A stretch of 64,000 bases of DNA from positions 3,782,001-3,846,000 of the forward strand of contig NC_092400.1 in the NCBI RefSeq assembly GCF_030028105.1, written 5' to 3'. Below, piece after piece: positions 1 through 12,000 of the stretch; position 1 is the first letter of the stretch; each line of letters starts with the position of its first letter. The position numbers were made by a program, and so were the translations under genes. The notes below the pieces were generated by a model. It was not told where the DNA came from. It did not search any database and was given only the letters and a program-made list of their open reading frames with translations. This DNA comes from Mobula birostris (Eukaryota).

Positions 1-310
1 TCTGGTCTCCTTTTATTTGTTCCCCTCTCACCTTTAACCATCTGTATGTCCTCCAGTTTTAGACGCTCCTATCCTGGGAAGAAGGCTGTAACCATTCACC
101 CTATCTATGCCTTTCATGTATAACAAACCCACATAGGTATACCCCCAAGCCTCATGTACTCCTTGCAGAAAAATCCCAGCCTATCCAATTTCTCTTTCTC
201 ATAATTTTTTCTACACCCTTCTCAATTTATCAACATCCTTCCTCAACCTAGGTGACCAGAACTGCGCATGGTATTTGAAGTGTAGTCTTAGCAATGTCTT
301 GAACAGCTGG
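1..310 (-). mobile_element. Degenerate CR1-type LINE 3' fragment
   Basis: Resembles the reverse complement of CR1 RT 3' regions elsewhere in the window (e.g. ggtgaccagaactgc = antisense of the QFWSP motif). Boundaries approximate. Confidence 0.5.
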
Positions 311-329
311 GACATGTGTCGAGCATCTT

Positions 330-2140
330 TTAGGTACATGTTATAACAAACAACAAATTAACTCAGAGTGGATCAATCATTGCTACAAGGGAAGGCTACC
401 ATGGCACAAGGGCCAGTACGAGCTTCAATAAAACAGACCACATAATCACTCATTTATAGTATTAAGTCAAATTCAAGGACATTCAGCTTAATCAGTGTTT
501 TTGGCATTCTTCCAATTACGCATCTGCTTGTCTTTCTGTAGTTTGTCATATACTCAAGGTCCATCAGCATAATGTTGTATGAACACTATTGCCCAAGCAC
601 TTTGGTACAATACAGGTTCCACTTTGTTACAGACAAAATTGCCATTTTGTTACTACAGGTAAAGTACCTTTCCACATCCCCTTCTTTTTGTCCTTTCATG
701 ACTACAGTGCACCTCACAAATATTGTAATTGAAATATGTATATATGTATCTAATCCAGTGATAGTTTCAAAAGCTAATTCAAAACTCCCTTTTCATCCAT
801 CCATTTTAATGAGTACCCATTCCTTTCCTTAATATCCTCTCCTTCATCCTGTTATTTCACACAAAAATTGTAAAAGAATAACAAATTTTCCTTGGGATGA
901 TTTCTTTCAATAAATATTTGGCTAGTGCATCATTCCTTCAACAAAGAGCTGCTTCAACCCACCGTGAAGAAAACATCAAGAATGACTAATACATATTTAT
1001 ATCCTTCACACAAAGGTAATTCTATGAAATCCATCTGTAAATTCATGAAAGGTCTATCAGAGCATGGTGTATGAGATCCTTCGAAATTCACTAGATTCCC
1101 TGGAGTCTGTGAAATACATATCATACATTATTCATAAATTTGATTTGCAGCATTTGATAAACTAGGGGCATGCCATGTTTGATTTATATGATCTATCAAT
1201 CCCCTCTTCAGCCTCCAGGGAAAGATTTCCCGCCAAGTCATAATAAGCTGTACAGTGAAGATAACGGTGTCACTTACTGAGTTATAGATCTGAACAGAAT
1301 CTAGAGAACTCTCCAGAGGCTTTCAAGGCACTCTCGTAAAAATGTTCCAAACTCCTTGATAAGTGGTTAATGAGTAACTGCACTTATACAAAATAGATTG
1401 ACTACTACTGAAATAGTATAGCCACAATGGCTCCCTGGTAAGTCCCTCAGGAGTGTAGGTAATAGTAGCTCGCATTTTACATAATAAATCTCTTCCACAT
1501 GAGTTCACAAGCACATCCGGAGAAAGTGAAAAGGTATGATATAATCCTGGTCTCCTATGCTAAATTCCACCGGTCTGACTTCAAGACATTAGTAGTCTGT
1601 CCACTGTTTGGGAAGGACAGAATGCAATTCAGGCCAAAGGAGACTAGCAATAATACAAATTGTGGGTTTCATAGCCTGCCCTTTCAGCAGTCCTGAATAT
1701 TGTTCCGTTTTCTATGCTATCCTCTGTATATATTCCTCTGCAGAATCACCTCAACCTTCTTGTGTCCCCATAATCTTAGACAAAATTAGCCTTTTTTGGA
1801 AAGTCAGCCTGCAATGCATCATACATATTTTTTTTTAAAAATCTTCATTTGGTGTGATGGCAGCTCCTGGCCTGGCACTGTTATGGTGTTCTTGAAAGTC
1901 CTGAAATTTAACCTCAAAATATGAAATTAGGGCTAACCATTGCCTCGTTAAGGTATCCAAACCCATAATACTAGGTCCTTGACACAAAACAATAGTTTTA
2001 AGTTTCTAACTAGCTATTTCCAAACCTGTCTCAAAGTCTCCTGCTGTCCATGGTCAATATATACCCCTTGGTTCCCTGTCCATAATTCTTCCACTGATCT
2101 TTTGCCTTAATTATTAAACATATCCCATGATGGTGTCCCC
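330..2140 (-). mobile_element. Heavily deleted endogenous retrovirus remnant (protease and integrase fragments)
   Basis: The minus strand gives VNSCGRDLLCKMRATITYTPEG (retroviral protease GRDLL motif, ~1445-1511). It also gives CMIC...PFMNLQMDFIELPLCEGYKYVLVILDVF/WVEAALC*RNDALAKYLLKEIIPR (integrase zinc finger and core, ~890-1130) with stops and a frameshift. Homology to the other PLA2 3' flanks ends at ~2141. Left boundary uncertain. Confidence 0.75.
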
Positions 2141-2964
2141 TTATAAGCACATGGGTGGTGGGGAGTGGGGAGGGGTGGTAATGGAATAGGTGAAGGTTTT
2201 GTCTGAGTTGTGCCTGTGGGATGGAAACACTCCAGGAGAAGTCCCAGCCTGTGCTTCCCGTCCTTTGACTGGTTTTCCTCGTTGTGGTACATGTGGTGTG
2301 ATACAAGAGTGAGACGCCAGGCATGTTTCAATGCTCTCAAATCAGGTTTAATTGATTATAGAAGATACCTGCCCACCACCTTAATATTATGAGTGCCACC
2401 AGCAACGTCATTGCAAACAATCTCCGAGTATAATCACAACTGGATTTCCAAGTGCAGCTTCCAATCGTTATTGTGTTTAGACACCCTGTAAGGAACCAAC
2501 TGAGCATCTGTTGTGGGCCATCCCAAAGTTTTCATCACCTTAATGTGAACAGATTTTTCCTCAGGTTCCACAGCTGAGGCTTTAAGGAAAGCCTGGGTTG
2601 AGGGAATGATTATCATCCCAATTAAAATTTATTCCTGGTTGTTCAATGGGATTTGTTTTAGTGAAAATATCAGCAAAATGGACATGATACTTTCAAATTT
2701 TGGTTTATAAAGTAACCAGTATGTGCTTTCATTGGGAGAGAGTTTAAAGTGATGAAGAGCTTTATCTTTCTGAGTGGCACAAATAATGTAAGACAGGATA
2801 GGGAGTGTTGGATTTAAATCAGATTATTGATTATAGTAACATAGTTAATATGGAGTTCAAAGATGTTTGAGCTCCTGGAAATAAAACAGATGACACAATT
2901 TGGAAGGAAAGTATTTGTTAGATAAAGACAAGAAAAATCATAACCACATGGTCAGATCGACCTC

Positions 2965-3080
2965 CTATTTGCAGCGAGATTGACTGATGCCTTTATTCTC
3001 AGGGTTGTATTTTGCTTTCGAGAAGCAGATGGCCGCATTTCGATCACATTCACAGATAAACTTCTCACAGTGACTTTTAC
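2965..3080 (-). CDS. PLA2G1B: sPLA2 copy 1 exon 4 (116 nt, includes stop)
   Basis: Acceptor ttcctttcAG. Encodes (S)[40 protein letters not shown] with the CxCD99 motif. Confidence 0.93.
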
Positions 3081-6000
3081 CTGAAAGGAAGCATATTGAA
3101 AATAATCCATTATATTAATGATACAGTATTTGCCTTGGATTATGAAAGAATGAAAGATAATTTTAAATTTTAATATATTTTGATAATTCAACTTCCATCT
3201 ATATATTATGTGTAACATTCTAATCTTTATATAAATGTTCTGTAAATCATTTAAAATACTAATTGTAATTTGGGTTTTTAATTTCATTGTGATGACCTCA
3301 TCATTTCTAGAGTCAATGGATCCTTTTAAACTGATGTCAGACTTGTATTGACATCAGAATAACACATCCTATGAAGATCTACACCACAATCATAGCTGAG
3401 TTATTGTGGAAAAGATTCTAGAAAAGTCCCTGGTGACCCCTAGCCCTTCACCACTGAGTGGCTCCAAGCAGCAGCCTTGGATCTTGCCTCTGACTCTGAG
3501 GTTTCAGTCCCACTGCAGTGACATTAACACAAACTGCAAGAGTGATATTCCACTGTGCTCCTGAGGGAGAAGTGACTCCATCTCTCTCCTGACTGTTAAA
3601 CTGAGCATATTTTTCATCTGTCTGGTGAGGAGATTGTATGTAACAAAAGAGCTTGGGAGAACCTTCTTTTAATGTGATCAGAATTGTCCTGCAAATATCA
3701 GCTCAGATATTTTATCTGGTCATGGTTCCATTGGGATCTTGCTGCAATCAAACTGGTCACAACATTTCTATTGCATTCTGTAAAATGCTGAGGTGAAGTG
3801 ATGCAAAAATATTCCTCCTTTTATTCATCTGAATCCATTTTCTGTGGGTGAATTTTGAAACCACAGCAGGGATCACAGGACAGATATGAAGAGGGTGTTT
3901 CCTGTACTGATGGGAAATAGAACCAGGGGTCACTGGCGCAGATTAAGGGCAAGCCATTGAGGGTTCAAACTGGGGGAAGATCCTGTGCCAGGGGGCTGTG
4001 GATGCCATGAATTCACTCAAAACTGAAGCTGATTGAAATTGATAAATTGGAGGAATCTGGGAATATTGAGATAAGTCAGGAAAAATTGTTGAGCAAGAAG
4101 ATAAACCTATATCTTGACAAATAGTGCAGCAGGCATTCAGAGCCAAATATTTACTCAATCTACTATTTCAAATGATTTTTGATGGTGTCAGTGCTACCAG
4201 ACGGTACTTACTCATCAATAATGCTCAGTTCATAATTTGCTCTCTGCATATGATCCAGCAATATCTGGGCCCTGACCACTAGCTGGTGAGTAACATTAAC
4301 AACACACACGTGTCAGACAATAACCATCTTCAAATAAGGAGCGTAATTCAGCCATCTTTCACGTCCCTAGAGTCGTAAAGGTTTTGCAGCTCTGAGCCAG
4401 GCTCTTCGGCCCAACTCATCCATGCTGACCCACTGTCTTTCTATGCTATCCCATCTGTCTGCACTTGGCCCAGATTCCTCTAAAGCTTTCCAACTATCTT
4501 TGAAACATTGTAATTGTTCCCATCTCCTTTGCACCTTCTACATACCCAGCAGCCTCTGGGTGAACAAGTTGTTCCTTTTAAATCTTTTTCTACTCCCACG
4601 TTAAACCTAGACCTCTAGTTTTAGACTTTCCTGTCTTGGAAAACGGCTGTGATTGTTTATTTTATCTATGCCTCTCATAATTCTCAGGTGTGTATAGTCT
4701 TCCTTGGATTGGTTACCCTTTATGTCCCATAAGCTGCCTCAGGAAGGAGTTGTCCAGTATTAAGGATCCTCACCACCCAGTACATGCCCTCTTCTCATTG
4801 TTACCATCAGGAAGGAGGTACAGAAGCCTGAAGGCACACACTTCAAGAGCAGCTTCTTTCTCTCTGCCATCTGATTTCTAAATGGACATTAAACTTATGA
4901 ACACTACCCCATTACTTTTTTAATTCCTTTTTTTGTACTACGTATTTAATTTAACTATTTAATAAACATATATGTAATTACTGCCATTCAGTTTATTTCT
5001 GTATGTATCAGGAGTGGAGAGAATGAGCAATTTCAAGTTCCTGGGTGTCAATATCTCTGACGACTTAACCAGGTCAGTACATATCGGTGCAGCTATAGAG
5101 AATATAGAAACATAGAAATTTAGAAACATAGAAACACAGAAACCCTACAACACAATACAGGCCCTCGGCCCATAAAGCTGTGGCGACCATGTCCTTCCCT
5201 TAAATATTACCTAGAGTTACCCATAGCCCTCTATTTTTCTAAGCTCCATGTATCTATCCAGGAGTCTGTTAAAATACCCTATCATGGGTCTTCCGCCTGT
5301 AGCTCAATGGAGTGATATATAAATGTTGTGGCTGCCTTTAATCCCTCCTTTTCCCCAGTCTAAACTTTGAATTATTCAACTTTTATTTTTTGGATCTGGG
5401 AGGGAAATAGTGGTCATTATGTCGTATCCTTTAAGAAGTGGAAAACAGCCTTTTGAACCCAGCAATGGAAAGGGAAAAACATCGAAAGAAAAATCAGAAG
5501 ATATGCCTGCCTGGGCTGAGCGTTTGCAACGTGCGTTGATGGGTCTCGACAAGGAAATAGACAATAACACTTCTGAGTTGAAGTCGTTCCGACAGAGTTT
5601 ACAGACTATTGAGGAAAATATTGTTTCCTTGAATACTGAGTTTAAAGAATCGAAATGTCAGATTGCGGATATTTCAACCCGATTGGAACAGACTCAACGC
5701 AAAATTGTCGATTTATACGCAAGGTTGCGTAGGAATAACATTCGTATTGTGGGTCTTCAAGAAGGCTCCGAGAATGGGAATTTATTGGATTACTTTGCCA
5801 ATCTGTTTCAATCCCTGTCCTGGATATTCTATCTCAGCCTCCCGATATTGAAAGAGCTCACAGAATTTTCACTTCGTCAGATAAAGCTCGACCAATTTTA
5901 GTCAACTTTCTTCGCTTTAAAGTTAAAGACCAAATCATAAAATGTGAAAGAAAACAGAAAGTTTTTAAATTTAACGGTTCCGAGATCCGTTTTTATGAAG

Positions 6001-9000
6001 ATTATCCATGGGAAGTTATGGAACAACGGATCAAATTCCTATCGGTCATGAAGATCGCTCACGAAAAAAGACTCTTTCCATCCCTGAGATACCCAGCGAG
6101 ATTAAAGTTATTTCCTAAAGATTCAACCCTCGTGTCTTCTTGGATCCCCAAGCGGCATCGGATTTTGTCAACTCTATTGTGGAATCGGCTGATGTATGAA
6201 GGATATTAGATATTTCTGAATAATTTTCTGAAAGAAAACAGGCTTTGAAGATTTCGGTATGCTGAAGATATCCTTTGATCGATGAATTACTTAAAGAAGA
6301 GGTGATCTTCTTGGTTTGACTAAGAATGACTTTTTTTAAAGACTGTTTAGTATACGGAGTGTATTAATACAGTGGATAGATTGTGAACTGGTTTGATTAT
6401 CTGTTTCTATTTTTCTTTTTCTTTATTAATTAAGTGATAGTTTGCTTACAGTTTATATAGGCTTTTTTCTTATATTGCGGAGTGTTTAGTAATAGATAAT
6501 TAGCTTTGGTTCTTTTGTTAAATAAGGTAGTAAGTTAAAGAATAATGGCGCTGCTTTTCTCTCTTTAGAGATTAAACTCTTTGGGTTAGTAGTATTGCTT
6601 TGGCATCTTTGGAGACTGTTTTCGCATTCCCTTAGTTTATTTTCAATGATTAAGTATGAACATCTTTTTCTTTGCTGGGCTTTCTTATCTTAAGGTTACG
6701 TATTTTCGTTGTTATGGGGAGGGGGGAATTGGGAGAAAAAACTTCTAATTATTATTTAAATTGAGCAGCACGCGGAATTCCATTCTTAAGTCTTTTCTTG
6801 GGGATGCGTTCCGGCCTTTCTTTCTTTTGTCAGATTTCCTTCTTTGGGGATGGTGGGAGGTTTGGGGCTATTTTTGTATTTTGGGGTTTCTTGTGGGTTT
6901 TTTTTCCACACACACTTTTGGTATTTTTTCCCCATTATGGAGTTCCGGAGCATGCGCGTTTTCTATTTGGTTATATTCATCTCCGCCATCTTTGATTAGC
7001 CCGCGTGTTTGTTGTATTTAAGAATAATATCCAATGGTACTTAAACTGATAAACGTTATTAGTTGGAATGTACGTGGATGGAATCACCCTATTAAGCGAA
7101 AGAAGACATTTAAAGTTTTTAATCGATTCCAGCCCGATATAATTTTTGCTCAAGAAACGCATATCAGAATGGGCAATCAAAATAGATTTTTTAAAACATG
7201 GAAGGGCCTTCAATACCATGATACTTGTAAAAATAAAACAAAGGGAGTATCTATTTTTATTAAATCTAATTTTTTTTATTCAAGAAGACATTGTCTCAGA
7301 TAATAATGGTAGATTTTTAATTATTAAAGGAACAATTTGTAATAGAAAAATTGTCCTAGTTAATCTATACAGACCTAATGTAGCTGATCCTTTTTTAAAA
7401 AATATGTTTGGTTTATTACCAGACTTAAGTGAATATATGCTGCTGACAGGAAGTGACTTCAACTGTTGGTTAAACCCTTTGATTGACAAGAGTTCAACCA
7501 ATCAGCAGCTTCCGAGTCGTTCGGCAACACTTAATAATTCCTTTTTAATTGATTATGGTTTGATAGAAATCTGGAGAAATTTACATCCTAATGACAGAGA
7601 TTATTCTTTTTATTCACATATTCATAATAAATATTCCAGAATTGATTATTTTATAGCTGATTTCCGATTTTTGTCCAAAGTCCAGAAATGTGAATATGAT
7701 GCTATTGCAGTCTCGGATCATGCACCCTTAAGCTTAACTTTTGAGTTAAATGATGTTAGTAATGTAAACTTGCCTTGGCGCTTTCCAAAGAATTTATTAC
7801 AAAGTTCGGACTTTGTCAAATTTATAGAGATTCAGATAAAAGATTTCTTTCTTCTTAATAATACAGGAGATGTCTCGAAATTGATTATATGGGATACACT
7901 TAAAACATATTTGCGAGGTCCGATAATATCTTATTTGACTAAACTCAAGAAACAGACAAAAATAGAGTTAGATAGAATTTCAAAACTAATTAAAGATCTG
8001 GATAATACTTATGCAGTTTCCTCTAATGTTGATTTATTTAAACAAAGGGTTGAACTTCAATCACAATATAATTTACTATTAACTTATCCTATTGAAAGAA
8101 ATTTGCTTAATTTAAAAAGTCAATTTTATATGTTTGGAGATAAAAGTAACAAGCTATTAGCGTCTCAACTTAAAGCAGTTAGAGCTAAAAGACAAATTTT
8201 AAAAATTCGTAAGGGAGATGGTAATTTAGCTTGTAATTATGAAGATATTAATAACATTTTTCAAGACTATTACAGTCAACTCTATAAATCTCAGTTTCCA
8301 GCTGCCTTTTTACAAAAGATTGATTTTCCTAGAATATTTGTTGAAGATCAGCAAATTCTTGATGCTCCTTTTACTGAAAGAGAAATTCAGAAAGCTATTC
8401 TTTCAATGCAGTCTGGTAAAGCTCCTGGATTGGATGGTTTTACTGTAGGATTTTATAAAAAATTTGAACATTTGCTTACTCCTTATATGTTGGAAATGCT
8501 TAAAGATTCTTTTCTGCTAAGAGAGTTACCTTCCACATTTTATGAAGCTTCTATTTCTTCAATTCTTAAGAAAGATAAAGACCCTACTGATTGTGCTTCA
8601 TATAGACATATTTCATTATTAAATGTGGATGCCAAAATTCTTTCAAAAATAATGGCTAATCGGATGGAGAATATACTAGCTAAGATTATTTCTCTGGATC
8701 AAACAGGTTTTATAAAAGGCCGTTATTCTTTTTCTAACACTCAGAGACTGTTAAATATTATCTACTCATCCCTCTCTAAGACTCCCCAATGTGTTGTTTC
8801 TCCAGATGCTGAAAAGGCATTTGATAGAGTTGAATGGAAATATCTATTTAAAGTTTTAGAGAAATTTAGCTTTGGTACTAATTTTAATAAATGGATTAGA
8901 TTGATATATAAAAGCTCTATTGCCACTGTTATCACTAATAACTGTAGATCCCCCTTTTTCCAACCTTCCCAGGGTACGAGACAAGGATGTCCGTTAAGTC

Positions 9001-12000
9001 CTCTGTTATTTAATTTGATGTTGGAACCTTTGGCTATTGCACTTTGTGAAGCTAAACATATTCAAGGAATTTCTATAAATGGGGCTATTCATAAGATCTC
9101 CCTTTATGCGGATGATCTTTTGGTTTATGTTTCGAATCCTGAAGAACCTATTCCTAGTTTAGTGAAATTATTAAATGAATTTAGATTGTTTTCAGGATAT
9201 AAGTTAAACCTGCATAAAAGTGAATTATTTCCTTTAAATGATTCTGCTTCTGTATATGATGACATTCCTCTAAAAGTTACGGATTCGTTTAAATATTTAG
9301 GTATTATCATCACTAAAAATTATGGAGACCTTTATAGAGCTAATATAGTTCCTTTAGTGGATTTTATGAAGCAATTTTTTTGTAGATGGAATCCACTTAC
9401 ACTTTCGTTAGCAGGTCGAATTCAGGCACTTAAAATGATGATTTTACCAAAATTTTTATATGTATTTCAAAATATTCCTAATTTTCTAACTATGAAGTTT
9501 TTTGATCAGGTTGACTCTATTATTTCATCTTTTGTTTGGAATAATAAAAGACCAAGAATTGGAAAATGTCATTTACAAAAATTAAAAAAGGATGGAGGTC
9601 TTACTTTGCCTGATTTAAGAATGTATTACTGGGCGGTTAATATATGTTATGCGTGTTCTTGGTTATATTGGACTGATAAAAAGGGACGACCATCTTGGGT
9701 TGATGTGAAATTGAAAATTGTGAAACAATTTCATTTAACTTCGTTATCAGGAGCTCCTTTACCTGTACAATTAGCCAAAATTTCTATTCTAAATATAAAT
9801 CCTATGATTAATCAATCATTACGAAGCTGGTACCAGTTTCGTAAGTTTTTTAATCTTAAAAAATTTCACCTTTTTAGTTTAATTTATCAAAACTATTTAT
9901 TTAAGCCTTCACTTAGTGATCCTACCTTTTCTCTTTGGAGGAATAAAGGAATTTTTTCCTTTATGGACTTGTTTCAAGAAAGCCGATTGATGTCCTTTGA
10001 GAAATTAGTAACCAAATACTTTCTCTCATATTCACATTTTTGCAATATCTTCAGGTCAGACATTTCTTACAAGAATATTTAAGTAATTTTCATATATACA
10101 AGACTCTGACCTGTTAGACATTATTTTAAAAATGAACCCTTTAGTGAAACGTTTTATTGGGAAAATTTATAATTTACTATTACAACGAGATAACTATTCT
10201 CTACTTAAGATTAAGCAAGATTGGGAAAGAGAGCTTAACGTGACCTTGATAACAGAAGATTGGTTGCGAATTTTGAAGCTGGTTAACTCTTCTTCGAATT
10301 GTGCCAGTCATTCCCTAATTCAATTTAAAATTGTACATCATTATTATTTGACAAAGGAGAGATCGTCTAAAACATTTCCTAATGTAAATAGTCAGTGTGA
10401 TAGATGCAAAACTGAGATAGCTATATTGACACATATGTTTTGGTCGTGTTCGGTATTGAAACAATTTTGGAAATCTATTTTTTCTACAATTTCTAAAGCT
10501 TTAAAAATTAATTTACAACCTAATAAATTGACAGTTTTGTTTGGTATAATTCCTCAACATATTCATGGTATTTCTATATCAGACCAATACGTAACTGAAT
10601 TTGTCACATTATTGGCTAGAAGGGCTATTTTATTGAAATGGAAAGATGCCTCTGCTCCCACTTTGATACAATGGTTCTCTCAGGTGATGTTATGTCTTAG
10701 TTTGGAAAAAATTAGAAGTCGAACTTTTGATCCCAGATTTGACTTTGAGAAAAGGTGGGGTTCTTTGGCCCGTTATTATCATTTGATTTGAGTTAATAAA
10801 GATGGTCCTTTTCTGATGCTTGGGTAAATGGATTTGGTTGGCGGATTGATGTCTTTTTTTTATGGAAGCTTGCATGGCATATAGCTTCGGGTTTGTGCTC
10901 CAAATGGGTTTTTTTTTCCCGTTTATTTTTGTTATTAGTGGTTCTCTTCTGTTTTAGTTAGTAGGGGATCTTTTTTTTCTTTCTTTCTTTTTTCCATAAA
11001 AAAAGGTTTAACATTTTGTTTCTTTATTATTCCTGATATACTGTTCAACTTGGTTGATAGTTTAACTCTTATTCTACATATGGATATGTTGTCTTGATTA
11101 TTTTGATGTATTTTTCTCTGTTGTTGATTTTCAATAATAATGAATAAAAAGATTTAAAAAGAAAGAAAGAAAATACCCTATCGTACCCGTCTCCACCACC
11201 GCCGCCAGCAGCCCATTCCACCCTCTGTGTAAAAAACCTACCCCTGACATCTCCTCCGTACCTACTTCCAATCACCTTAAAACTGTGCCTTCTCGTGCTA
11301 GCTATTTCAGCCCTGGCAAAAAGCCTCTGACTATCAACACGATCAATGCCTCTCATCATCTTTTACACCTCTATCAGGTCACCTCTCATCCTCCGTCTCT
11401 CCAAGGAAAAAAGGCCGAGGTCATTCAAACTATTCTCATAAGGCATGCTCCCCAATCCAGGCCACATCCTTGTAAATCTCCTCAGCACCCTTTCTATGGT
11501 TTCCACATCCTTCCTGTAGTGAGGTGACTAGAACTGAGCACAGTACTCCAAGTGGGGTCTGACCAGGGTCCTATATAGCTGCAATATTACCTCTCAGCTC
11601 TTAAACTCAATCCCACGATTGATGAAGGCCAATGCACAGTATGCTTTCTTAACCACAGAAGGCAAGACAGCAGCTATATTTCATTTGGAGTTTGAGGAAA
11701 TTTGGTTTGTCAACTAAAACGCTCAAAAATTTCTCCAAGTGTTCTGACTGTCTGCATCACCGTCTGGTATGTGGGAGGGGGCTACTGCACAAGATCGAAT
11801 TAAGTTGCAGAAACCTGTAGAATTAGTCAGCTCCATCATGCGTACCAGCCTCTGTAGTATCCAAGGCATCTTCAAGAGCAATGCCCCAGGAAGGTGGCAT
11901 CCATTATTAAGGACCCCATCACCCAGGACATGCCCTCTTCTCATTGTTACCATCACAGAGGAGGTACAGAAGCCTGAAGACACACACTCAGCAATTCAGG

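Larger units (their letters stand above)
5284..11169 (+). mobile_element. Full-length L1 (LINE-1) retrotransposon in intron 3 of copy 1, antisense to the gene
   Basis: ORF1, a long inter-ORF spacer, ORF2 (APE, RT, Cys/His domain), AATAAA at ~11142 and an A-rich tail. TSD AAAATACCCTATC at 5271-5283 and 11170-11182 at a TT/AAAA site. The empty site is visible in copies 2 and 3. Confidence 0.93.

Noticed and set aside
2031-2616. Repeated small ORFs in the 3' flank (also 26267-26783 and 40749-41265)
   Set aside because: Duplicated non-coding flank, with overlapping ORFs on both strands and no recognisable family.
7034-10791. Currently active autonomous L1
   Set aside because: ORF1 and ORF2 both carry frameshifts as assembled.
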